A DNA stretch of 33,044 nucleotides, taken from positions 1 through 33,044 of IMG/VR virus record IMGVR_UViG_3300037634_006342; one strand, 5' to 3'. The position numbers were made by a program, and so were the translations under genes. Every line of letters begins with the position of its first letter. Position 1 is the stretch's first letter. Shown here piece after piece: positions 27,001 to 33,044 of this stretch. The notes under the pieces are model-generated. The model saw nothing but the letters and a program-made list of their open reading frames with translations, was not told the origin of the DNA and made no database searches. This DNA comes from a virus (Duplodnaviria > Caudoviricetes).

Positions 27001-30000
27001 TTGGATGGGCTACATAAAGCTCTCTCTCCTTCGGTTGTTGTGGCTATTGTCGATACCTTGGGCAATGAGCTTACCATTGCGCCAAAATTTGTTATTCCAC
27101 CGGATGCCGATGGTGAGCGCGCTCTTGAGGTGATAGGGAGGGCGAGGGCGTGGATTAGCTATGACGAGGGTCTTGATATGACCGACTATTTGGGCGCAGC
27201 TATTGAGGGCGACCTTGAGGCGGCGGCAGCCCCATCCTTTGCTGCTTATTTAATAAAAGTAGGTCAAGAGAGAAAAGAACACGGCAATTATATTACCCAG
27301 TATGCAAGCGCCTTCAGGTATATCAAGCTTGGGTTCAAAGCGGGGGAGTTGGCCGTGGAAGGCGAGTCAAAAGCCCTGCCTGGAGAAACATTCGACCAGA
27401 ATATAACAAAGTTTATTTTTGGCCTTACGGGCATATATCATGCCGCTTGTGGCGCTGTATACCAGGACAGTTGGTACGCCGCGCCAGGACTCAAATTTGC
27501 CAACGCTACAATCGACCCAGGGATGGTGCCCGGAATACTTCCAACAGCAGAAGTTGATGAAGGTAACGGCGCCAAGAGGGAGAATGCTGAACTGGGGCTG
27601 ATTTTACTTGCTGCAAGAGATAATAATTTTAATCTATCTATTAAAATAAAAGAAGAATACTTAGCGCAGACCGATGCCTTAAATCTTGAGACTGGTGTTT
27701 TATTGCCCGAACTGAAGGAAGAGTTGCTTAGCAAGAACATTGGTGACGTGGTGATAACAGAAGATAGTCTAGAATATAATGTAGATATAGATTTTGATTA
27801 TACCATAGCGGGTGCTGAGGTGTTTGACTATTCACTTCTAAAGAGTACCGTGGTGAGTGATAGCTATCTTGCTAAAATAAAAGAAAAGCAAAATCTTTCT
27901 TACGAGATCGCTGGGGGCTTGGCCATGGATAAAGCTCGTAGAGACATCATTAAAGAGGTTGTGGGCGAATCTTTTGAGAAAGATTACTATGGAATTAGAT
28001 ATATTAAGAGTTTGATAAATGATAACTTGTCTCTCATTCTTGATATGGACATGGAAGATCCCACAACGTGGCCAGAGGGGATGCAAAATAAGACACCAGA
28101 TTTTACAGACGCAGTGGCTAAATTTCTTTTTGATCGCACTCTCAGGACGGGTATTACCAAGTCTATTAATAAGGCGGGCGAGTCTGAATTCTTCAGCCTA
28201 AGCAAGATGGGCACATTAACTCTAGCTCCAACCTTGAAGCAAGTTAACTCTAAATGTGAGGATCTTTCGGTGTCAACGGGGGGAAATCCTTCGAAATCTC
28301 TTTTAAACATTGATCAACTGAGTGCTCTTATATTGATGATGTTCCGGCACCGGTTTAATCCCTGCACTCCCGATAATGATGCCTTGAAGACATCGATGGT
28401 TGATGGGTATATTATCGGGTACATGCGTGTTTTCTTAATTGACATCATTTTGAAAGGAATCTATGCGTCATCGACCATGAAACTAGAAGATATTTTAAAA
28501 GATGATTTAGTTTTAGATTATTTGTTTGATAAATTCATAGCGGAGTTGGAACTTCCCTCACGTTCAAGAGCGGGAGGGCCGAAAACTCCTGCTTATGAAC
28601 TTTTTAAGGAGCGTGCGCCTGAGATCGTGGAAGTTTATCAACAGCAACTGGGTTCCATAATTATTGGTGGGTCTTCGAAAAGCCTTTTGCGCAAGCTGTT
28701 TAAAGCTCAAGTCCCTGTGGTGGCCGATACCTTTAGGACGTTCGTTACTCGAAAGTTTGACCAAGAAGGCCTTGTTGACACTTTCATTTTTCCTGACATT
28801 AAATATGTCGTTGATGACCATACTAAACAAGGAGGCTTCCTATACGGTGACGACGGCAGCGTGTTTAGCTTGATTCACGGCCCTCCGGAAGGTGGCGGCA
28901 AGAATCTGCGCGAGGCCATCGATGATGAGGGCGGCGTTTTTATGTTTCAGAAGTATATCAAGCTCATCCAAAAGAAAGAGAGCGCAGGTGCTAATGCTAA
29001 GTATCGTCTAGATGTTCTCCTCGAACCCGGAAATATCGGGACCGGCCCAGGCCAAGTGGGCGCACTTGAGCACCAATATCTCGATCAGATTAAAATTAGA
29101 CTGAGTAATCTTGAGGATGGGAGTGGTGCTCTTCCTTATTATATTTTAAGGCCTGAAACGGTGGCTGACCTTCTTCAGCCGACACCGGGCCTACCGTTTG
29201 GTGAAGAACTTCAAGGCCTCATAAGAGAATGCTTTACATTTTCTTCTGGGATGGTGCTTAATTGGGCAACAAAGTCTGCTTCGAAGTCCTCCGGGGAGGG
29301 TTCGGGTGGGCCCGACTTCGATGGCGGCACACTTAGTGAGTTGCTAGCTTCCGCAGACACTAAAGGGAAATTTAATATTAAAATTGCGTCCCACGACTTA
29401 CTTCCCTTCTGGCATGAAGAAGAAGCAAGTGTTTTCTTTTTCCCAATAAAAATAATAGAAAAGGAGAAAATTGAAGATATTACGCTAGGGTCGGCCCTGA
29501 TTGTGGATGGTGTTTCTGCGACTTTTTTCAATCTACTAAGAACATACATGGAGGGCCAAGGCGAGCCTGAATTCTTCAGCCTTGAGGGCGACAAAGGTTT
29601 TCTTTATGATAGCCTCGAACAGGTATGTCACACTAGTGGGCTATTTATGACCGAGGGCCTTAAAAAAGAGATTTTAGAGTCTCCTCAAATCAAAGTGTTG
29701 TTTGAGAGCGTTGTCCCACTGGCTCGATATGCGGCAATTCCCCTTATTTACACCAGCGTCAAGATCAACAATGACTTTGATTTAAGAGATCTGTTTTCCT
29801 CAACTAAATCGCTTCTTTTAAAGTATATTAATGTGCTGCTATATGGATCAAAGAACACTTTTACTGGAAAAGTCATGGTTTCTAACATCATACAAGATAA
29901 TGAGAGCGGAGCAGATGATGAATTGGCTGACATTTTTAGTAGCTTTATAGTTAAGGCGCTTTACAGAACCCCTCTTATTATCGTTAAGGGGGTTGCCGAG

Positions 30001-30483
30001 ATGGTTGATCCTAACATCGCTCTCACAAAAAAGATATTTGATCTTATGGATTTGGTGACAAAACTTTCTTTACAGCTAACACTAATGACTGCAAGGACTG
30101 CTTATAACATAGCAAAAACAGTTAGAGATAACGCAGCAGCAGCAGCAGAGAGTACTGAAGGAGCAGTGGTGCCTCCTGAAATGCCCGATAGTTTTGATGA
30201 GTGGTTTGAGGAAGAGGCCGGCTTCCCGCCTCCGGACCCCACAGTGGGCATTCCTTGGCCGGTTGCCGCAGCACTAGCACCTGCACTTGCGCTCTCAATG
30301 ATGCCTTCCATGTTTCCTTATGGGGTTGGTTTTCCACCTCCTCCTATGTTTGGGCCTGGCGTGGGTCCGCCCATGACACCGTTTGCAATTCCATATTTAG
30401 CCTTTGGGCTTATTAAAAATGGTTCATGGGGTTCCGACGCAGGAGAAGACAATTCCTCTATATGTCCCGACATCATCACTTAA
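21064..30483 (+). CDS. Giant (3139 aa) virion-associated protein with SH3-like and peptidoglycan-binding motifs
   Basis: Uninterrupted 9.4-kb ORF in the baseplate module. SH3-like segments (LQKGDLVQ...HYKVEL...TGYIKRDSL; YRRIRV...TGYVESTLL) and PG_binding_1-like EVTLWQDFL...DGMYGPKTRDATKAW; Pro/Gly-rich hydrophobic C terminus. Confidence 0.75.
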   Translation: MANTTYEVEFKAHLQDSPIVSQDFEKLKEAAVYQLGAIPTLWDYLIKKNPLEGFIEGLEYYELIDRLTEAFQDDIDDLFVGPLDIISVTEESETEEWVDYTDPEDTVELEAPWYLVEAKATFSIAAIRARVIEENLFRVVPIPNAAEVAEFNSYVNLSVLQSSFWEVFLKETRSQKKNITHILFEPKGWTLDNIIAKVPLDYTDTEDEGFPVFQDPDFESRIIFDLPPLTPVEVMEQSAGPDFKFFKCRFWVTKKTDGSLGGGLGAIVTKPGKPPRFVWGPLDAGDERYRLYHEDNSITYSQELVQNVRSGSGVKLGTPPEEVTPVFVHTPTLPANALGYNHYVEGYVEARRLRLIPGVLEGGFFAKLAAKKPATGRPSSPALVQPDLPVYGKAGDAGADMPPWPGAFTYSVLVELDNIQWNSLIKDAGGGKLPTASVDGDQPLRTFDEAGLWLGLGGTTNVDGFNEPVMNALKMLGVDKILQYYNVNVDFTLAIDKVRKQVVDIIRLLVFGNVKIEEAKVTTRGSQTIRQFKISVPVRFVDALGQWVDTFQWDQNLDAILDPDEAKVFAQTAAKRAANIDALTDKLFALVTSADMKPLSQYAGLTWTETQEETEDIATFDKLLQGGQFLDEFIGKVEEKAKVKYVERHINTQKTFSTSFQIKDIATRKEDFKTKLNKYEAEVSSSGASVFLAVPPGRGAATEAGSSVPSMLLPREPLKLKEGILPNIEKFYENLDALLKRSDFAYKASHPKDGIGTPGSPKASDYVEIGFDRNFKVIYVLFNGFPIVEGASYWFDQINDNERRYWITNSLVHRYAELIVEDESLPYDEFLKKYFVGIYIFPGGSLDTPTYEEYNVAGDHRLMSAQDLMEQNNQRFEAETTGKLSGELQAAVGKIESIRDTFWTNLPEVLKTINTIEDVYEKILNVVPLENILNQIIACSAKELAGANLQETLMALILNEIFSDYEENREQIDKIVKEVIDVMAASADCTMEILSSVYVIKGVTEGQAQNIIDNVAAGALSEDLGLLASETSADAIIFPDEPPDYFINGAPENVQGVPLYTELPEAVFSDDVYRVAGNTALLKNGTTGGASTLVVLQKGDLVQRKSSSLGHYKVELLSQPNIGATGYIKRDSLAKVSFDDFGVTALLSDFVKVQVANETLREYNGRVYRRIRVLDNERNTEHYGRTGYVESTLLQPASEYATQLDIARDKLIFLHWGDSASTRSNDHQDGLDGEVTLWQDFLLTKPTTTFTATDGMYGPKTRDATKAWAAGSGGLTAAQKNDDIFKPLLDPGNVTIGAFRYFMRGTVTSGFEGKTLAEIEEGMAPFSMKILGNAAYAPPGFYTQATPPGGAPCVELFAKTATTSRYLDILKIKLNTAVGPKKPPIQKKIDEVKATLTDLLLQYEQCAKQNNFSVKNGRYTYIYKTDVTDEEIVSQDAYKLAFAVTGSCLEKKKALAEALSGSPVEEGAMAEVKWPGSNFATDAQLVAFSEWQACLNDTVEEQKDLLKDIASDLPESDQEKASVLDSLPDYPLPTSMAGVFTLFVDQGIIPVNISMHPQAGARFWKAFSSPGSKCFGLVEEIAELIIAIIEKEYPEVVKIIKEIITTFQTAMATYRTTRAAIESGIAMYKNFGMPSLDKFPIDGYDKQFKKVFYDTLKEAAISLISELVNSLLAYLIRQCNEQDVPSEEVAQVAKDIAQGYADDPGNISLLNDILAGYNFIVENSMAGDQSSSDALNVPQLIQEMIEGLSQQEICSIVTGNASEYLLTSIKTSLKALYPTHANVFDDSFITTICSVLISFVGVDYCLESQSTGPDPSAGYDVCDDTPEGSSDMSAEEAAAHSQQKLQDALDAMQKALDLMENPEIPAPDQCQIAKDSYLSDSKFVERLRKNIEASLFSVQKTFDRDITNYIPRLTNIDENFREALASVREAFPIGEGVQDALISGIEEAIGGEVIGPGGAIGALASKIAKDEATNKRRKQLDGLHKALSPSVVVAIVDTLGNELTIAPKFVIPPDADGERALEVIGRARAWISYDEGLDMTDYLGAAIEGDLEAAAAPSFAAYLIKVGQERKEHGNYITQYASAFRYIKLGFKAGELAVEGESKALPGETFDQNITKFIFGLTGIYHAACGAVYQDSWYAAPGLKFANATIDPGMVPGILPTAEVDEGNGAKRENAELGLILLAARDNNFNLSIKIKEEYLAQTDALNLETGVLLPELKEELLSKNIGDVVITEDSLEYNVDIDFDYTIAGAEVFDYSLLKSTVVSDSYLAKIKEKQNLSYEIAGGLAMDKARRDIIKEVVGESFEKDYYGIRYIKSLINDNLSLILDMDMEDPTTWPEGMQNKTPDFTDAVAKFLFDRTLRTGITKSINKAGESEFFSLSKMGTLTLAPTLKQVNSKCEDLSVSTGGNPSKSLLNIDQLSALILMMFRHRFNPCTPDNDALKTSMVDGYIIGYMRVFLIDIILKGIYASSTMKLEDILKDDLVLDYLFDKFIAELELPSRSRAGGPKTPAYELFKERAPEIVEVYQQQLGSIIIGGSSKSLLRKLFKAQVPVVADTFRTFVTRKFDQEGLVDTFIFPDIKYVVDDHTKQGGFLYGDDGSVFSLIHGPPEGGGKNLREAIDDEGGVFMFQKYIKLIQKKESAGANAKYRLDVLLEPGNIGTGPGQVGALEHQYLDQIKIRLSNLEDGSGALPYYILRPETVADLLQPTPGLPFGEELQGLIRECFTFSSGMVLNWATKSASKSSGEGSGGPDFDGGTLSELLASADTKGKFNIKIASHDLLPFWHEEEASVFFFPIKIIEKEKIEDITLGSALIVDGVSATFFNLLRTYMEGQGEPEFFSLEGDKGFLYDSLEQVCHTSGLFMTEGLKKEILESPQIKVLFESVVPLARYAAIPLIYTSVKINNDFDLRDLFSSTKSLLLKYINVLLYGSKNTFTGKVMVSNIIQDNESGADDELADIFSSFIVKALYRTPLIIVKGVAEMVDPNIALTKKIFDLMDLVTKLSLQLTLMTARTAYNIAKTVRDNAAAAAESTEGAVVPPEMPDSFDEWFEEEAGFPPPDPTVGIPWPVAAALAPALALSMMPSMFPYGVGFPPPPMFGPGVGPPMTPFAIPYLAFGLIKNGSWGSDAGEDNSSICPDIIT

Positions 30484-30536
30484 ATTCGCGAGAATAAAAT
30501 TACTTGAGAGCCATAATTATAGAGAGGTAATTTTTT

Positions 30537-30920
30537 ATGTCCTTTGGATTTGCACCGGTAGCCCCTATAGAAAAAGACTATAATGATGGCTTTAAGCTAA
30601 CAAAGACTTTTGAACAGAACGCGCTTCAGAACTTAAAAATGTTTATTTTAACGAGTCCTGGAGAGAGAATTATGGTACCGGCGTTTGGGCTTGGTATAAC
30701 GCGAAAGTTATTCGAGAATGATGATCCTGGCGTAAGAGAGGACATCAAGAATCAAATAGTAGAGGGAGTGGCGCGATATTTACCTTATATTAAAATATAT
30801 AGTATATATGTAACATCATTTGAGAATGATCGGTTTCCTTCTACGCTTACGCTACAAATAAACTTTTCTACTTTATCTACAAAAGAGAGTACATTGCAAA
30901 AACTAAACATTACATTATAG
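30537..30920 (+). CDS. gp25: Baseplate wedge subunit, GPW/gp25 family
   Basis: QNLKMFILTSPGERIMVPAFGLGITRKLFE and I...VARYLPYIKI; 127 aa; SD GAGAGG. Confidence 0.9.
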   Translation: MSFGFAPVAPIEKDYNDGFKLTKTFEQNALQNLKMFILTSPGERIMVPAFGLGITRKLFENDDPGVREDIKNQIVEGVARYLPYIKIYSIYVTSFENDRFPSTLTLQINFSTLSTKESTLQKLNITL

Positions 30921-30930
30921 GAAATTCGTT

Positions 30931-32721
30931 ATGCCCAACAAAGTGGTCCCGATTAAATACACTGCTAGAGACTTCGATACGATCAAGAGGGCCGTTGTCG
31001 ATCACGCACAAAGATATTTTCCAACTACGTTTCAAGATTTTTCGGAAGCATCGTTTGGCGCTCTTATGGTTGATGCGGTTGCTTATGTGGGCGATGTTAT
31101 GTCGTTTTATTTGGATTACCAAGCTAACGAATCGTTTCTGGAGAGTGCGCTTGAATCTCAAAATGTAATTAAGATCGCCAAGCAGATGGGGTATAAGTTT
31201 CGTAACAATTTTTCCTCAACTGGCATAGTATCGCTTTTCGTCAGGGTGCCTCGATTGGCTAATGGCGTGGGGCCCGACCCAGACTATCTGCCCATATTGA
31301 AAAGGGGAACAGAGTTCACAACAGGAAACGGGAATGCCTTCACATTAGTAGCTGATGTTGATTTTTCATCTTCGAATAATCGTGTGGTGGTGGCAACTGA
31401 GAGTGGGGGCGAGCCTGATTTTTATGCTGTTAGGGCATACGGTACTGTGATTTCGGGACGACTGGTTGAAGAAGCCATATCGGTAGGAAGCTTTGTGCGA
31501 TTGCGTCGCATCCCGCTTTCATCCAATTTAGTTACAGAGGTAGTATCTGTTTTTGATTCGGCGGGTCATGAATATTACGAAGTAGATTACTTATCACAAG
31601 ATGTGGTCTATACTTCTGTTCTCAACCGACTTGACACGTCTAGTAACGCTCCAAAATACATGATAAAGCCAAAATCAGTGCCACGTAGGTTTACTGTGGA
31701 ATACGAAGGAAATCAAGTTTATTTACAATTTGGCTACGGATCTGATGAAAATTTGAGAAATGAGCCGTTTAAAAATGCGAGTGACGTGGTTTTAAAGAGG
31801 GTGGGACGTTCGTATGATGCATCAAGAAACTTTGATCCTTCGAACTTGGTTAAAACCGACAAGTTGGGGGTGGGGCCATCGGACACGACGCTGTCGGTCA
31901 GGTATCGAATAAACTCTAGGGACATGGTAAACGCCACCCCCAATTCTTTAAAAAATCCGTCTAATGCGATCTTTGAATTTCCGACTACCAGTTCAAATAT
32001 TAGCACAAGAGAAACAGTGATAGGCTCTCTAGAGGTGAACAATGATGCCGCAATAACTGGAGATGTGACTGTGCCGTCCATTGAGGAGCTTAAAATTAGA
32101 GCAAAAGATCAATATGCCTCTCAAAATAGGGCGGTCACGAAGGCTGATTATCAGGCGCTCGTGTATCGGATGCCACCAAAATATGGGACCGTCAAAAGGT
32201 GCGCGGCGATACAGGATCGAGATTCTATTAGAAGAAATTTAAATCTATATGTTCTATCGGAAGACACAGCGGGAAAACTGACCACCTCTAACCTAATTTT
32301 AAAACAAAATTTAAAGACATGGCTAACAGGCTATAAGATGATCAACGATACGATAGATATTTTAGATGCTCGTATCGTGAATATCGGCATTGAGTTTGTA
32401 GTGAGAGCCTCCCCCGATAAAAACAGGTTTCAAGTTTTAGATGATTGTACTGCTGAGTTGGAACAATACTTCCGAGCCAACTCTTTTGATGTTGGTGAAC
32501 CTCTCTACGTTACTGATGTTTATAAGCGGTTAAACCGGGTGGATGGTGTTATTGATACTATAGACGTTAAGATAGTTAAGAAAAAAGGAGCGGATTACTC
32601 AGGAGGGGCGTACAGCATGAGCAAAAATTATTCAGCGGATGGCACAATTCTTTACATTCCTGAGGATATGGTTTTCGAAATAAAGTACGCAACGCAAGAC
32701 ATTAAAGGGACCATTAAATAA
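30931..32721 (+). CDS. gp6: Baseplate wedge subunit, T4 gp6-like
   Basis: YTARDFDTIK, FQDFSEASFGALMVDAVAYVGDVMSFYLDYQANESFLESA, AKQMGYK, LQFGYG, QNRAVTKADY; follows the gp25-like gene. Confidence 0.88.
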   Translation: MPNKVVPIKYTARDFDTIKRAVVDHAQRYFPTTFQDFSEASFGALMVDAVAYVGDVMSFYLDYQANESFLESALESQNVIKIAKQMGYKFRNNFSSTGIVSLFVRVPRLANGVGPDPDYLPILKRGTEFTTGNGNAFTLVADVDFSSSNNRVVVATESGGEPDFYAVRAYGTVISGRLVEEAISVGSFVRLRRIPLSSNLVTEVVSVFDSAGHEYYEVDYLSQDVVYTSVLNRLDTSSNAPKYMIKPKSVPRRFTVEYEGNQVYLQFGYGSDENLRNEPFKNASDVVLKRVGRSYDASRNFDPSNLVKTDKLGVGPSDTTLSVRYRINSRDMVNATPNSLKNPSNAIFEFPTTSSNISTRETVIGSLEVNNDAAITGDVTVPSIEELKIRAKDQYASQNRAVTKADYQALVYRMPPKYGTVKRCAAIQDRDSIRRNLNLYVLSEDTAGKLTTSNLILKQNLKTWLTGYKMINDTIDILDARIVNIGIEFVVRASPDKNRFQVLDDCTAELEQYFRANSFDVGEPLYVTDVYKRLNRVDGVIDTIDVKIVKKKGADYSGGAYSMSKNYSADGTILYIPEDMVFEIKYATQDIKGTIK

Positions 32722-33044
32722 TGACGCTTAAAAGATATCTTGCTAGTTTAGACACCACCATAACCAACGCATTCAAGCCGGATTTATCCACAAGGGCTAC
32801 TGGATCTAATATGGGAGCGTCGGATGTCACCGAAGTATTTGAAATTTATGGTCAATCTGCCACCTCTTCCCTTGAGAAAAGTAGAGCCCTTTACCAATTT
32901 CCTATAGATACAATTGCGAGCGATAGGACTGCGACTACAATTCCTGACTCTGGCTCGGTAAAGTTTTTCTTACGCTTGTTTAATGCGAAGCACTCATCTA
33001 CTGTTCCAAAAAATGCAACTTATGCGATAAGTGCGATCTCTCAA
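32721..33044 (+). CDS. 3'-truncated probable structural protein
   Basis: Not in the ORF track. ATG at 32721 overlaps the gp6 stop (TAATG) and the frame is open to the window end: MTLKRYLASLDTTITNAFKPDLSTRATGSNMGASDVTEVFEIYGQ...SRALYQFP...KFFLRLFNA. Confidence 0.8.
   Translation, partial: MTLKRYLASLDTTITNAFKPDLSTRATGSNMGASDVTEVFEIYGQSATSSLEKSRALYQFPIDTIASDRTATTIPDSGSVKFFLRLFNAKHSSTVPKNATYAISAISQ

Noticed and set aside
21064-30483. Tape measure protein or virion RNA polymerase
   Set aside because: No periodic aromatic or Ala/Gly-rich tape-measure repeats and no DxDGD-type polymerase context recognised. Not fully excluded without profile searches.
841-32081. Numerous short antisense or overlapping ORFs in the track (e.g. 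9388-9825 +, 13885-14328 -, 18527-18910 -, 23266-23676 -, 31734-32081 -)
   Set aside because: They lie inside well-supported genes in another frame or strand and show no recognisable motifs.
16923-33044. Contractile injection system, tailocin or T6SS
   Set aside because: The gp6-like protein is T4-type and linked to a gp55-like sigma; no CIS ATPase or Tss genes are seen. A phage is the simpler explanation, although no capsid gene is in the window.

Overview
This window looks like part of a large tailed-phage genome (T4-superfamily-like myovirus or jumbo phage) rather than a bacterial chromosome. The left ~15 kb is a dense, mostly translationally coupled glycan-biosynthesis island. It encodes GT2, GT4-like and fungal-type GT15 glycosyltransferases, a short UDP-glucose dehydrogenase, NDP-sugar epimerases/dehydratases, an Fcl-like reductase, a DmhA/WcbK-like GDP-sugar 4,6-dehydratase, split RfaE/HldE kinase and nucleotidyltransferase, a DegT aminotransferase, several SAM methyltransferases and a kinase-methyltransferase fusion resembling a domain-swapped WbdD. 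No flippase, polymerase, ABC exporter or lipid-carrier initiating transferase is visible in the window. The island is full of recombination scars: at least five headless or chimeric gene remnants, a four-gene inverted block, and a 33-bp direct repeat bracketing a methyltransferase. The right ~18 kb has a gp55-like sigma factor, a gp5-like hub protein with an M15 peptidase, a putative HxH spike, a 3139-aa protein with SH3-like and peptidoglycan-binding motifs, and gp25- and gp6-like baseplate wedge genes. The best candidate for a new system is a hypervariable, cassette-shuffled phage glycosylation island next to the late/baseplate module, possibly for virion glycan decoration. All calls come from reading motifs by eye; no searches were run.
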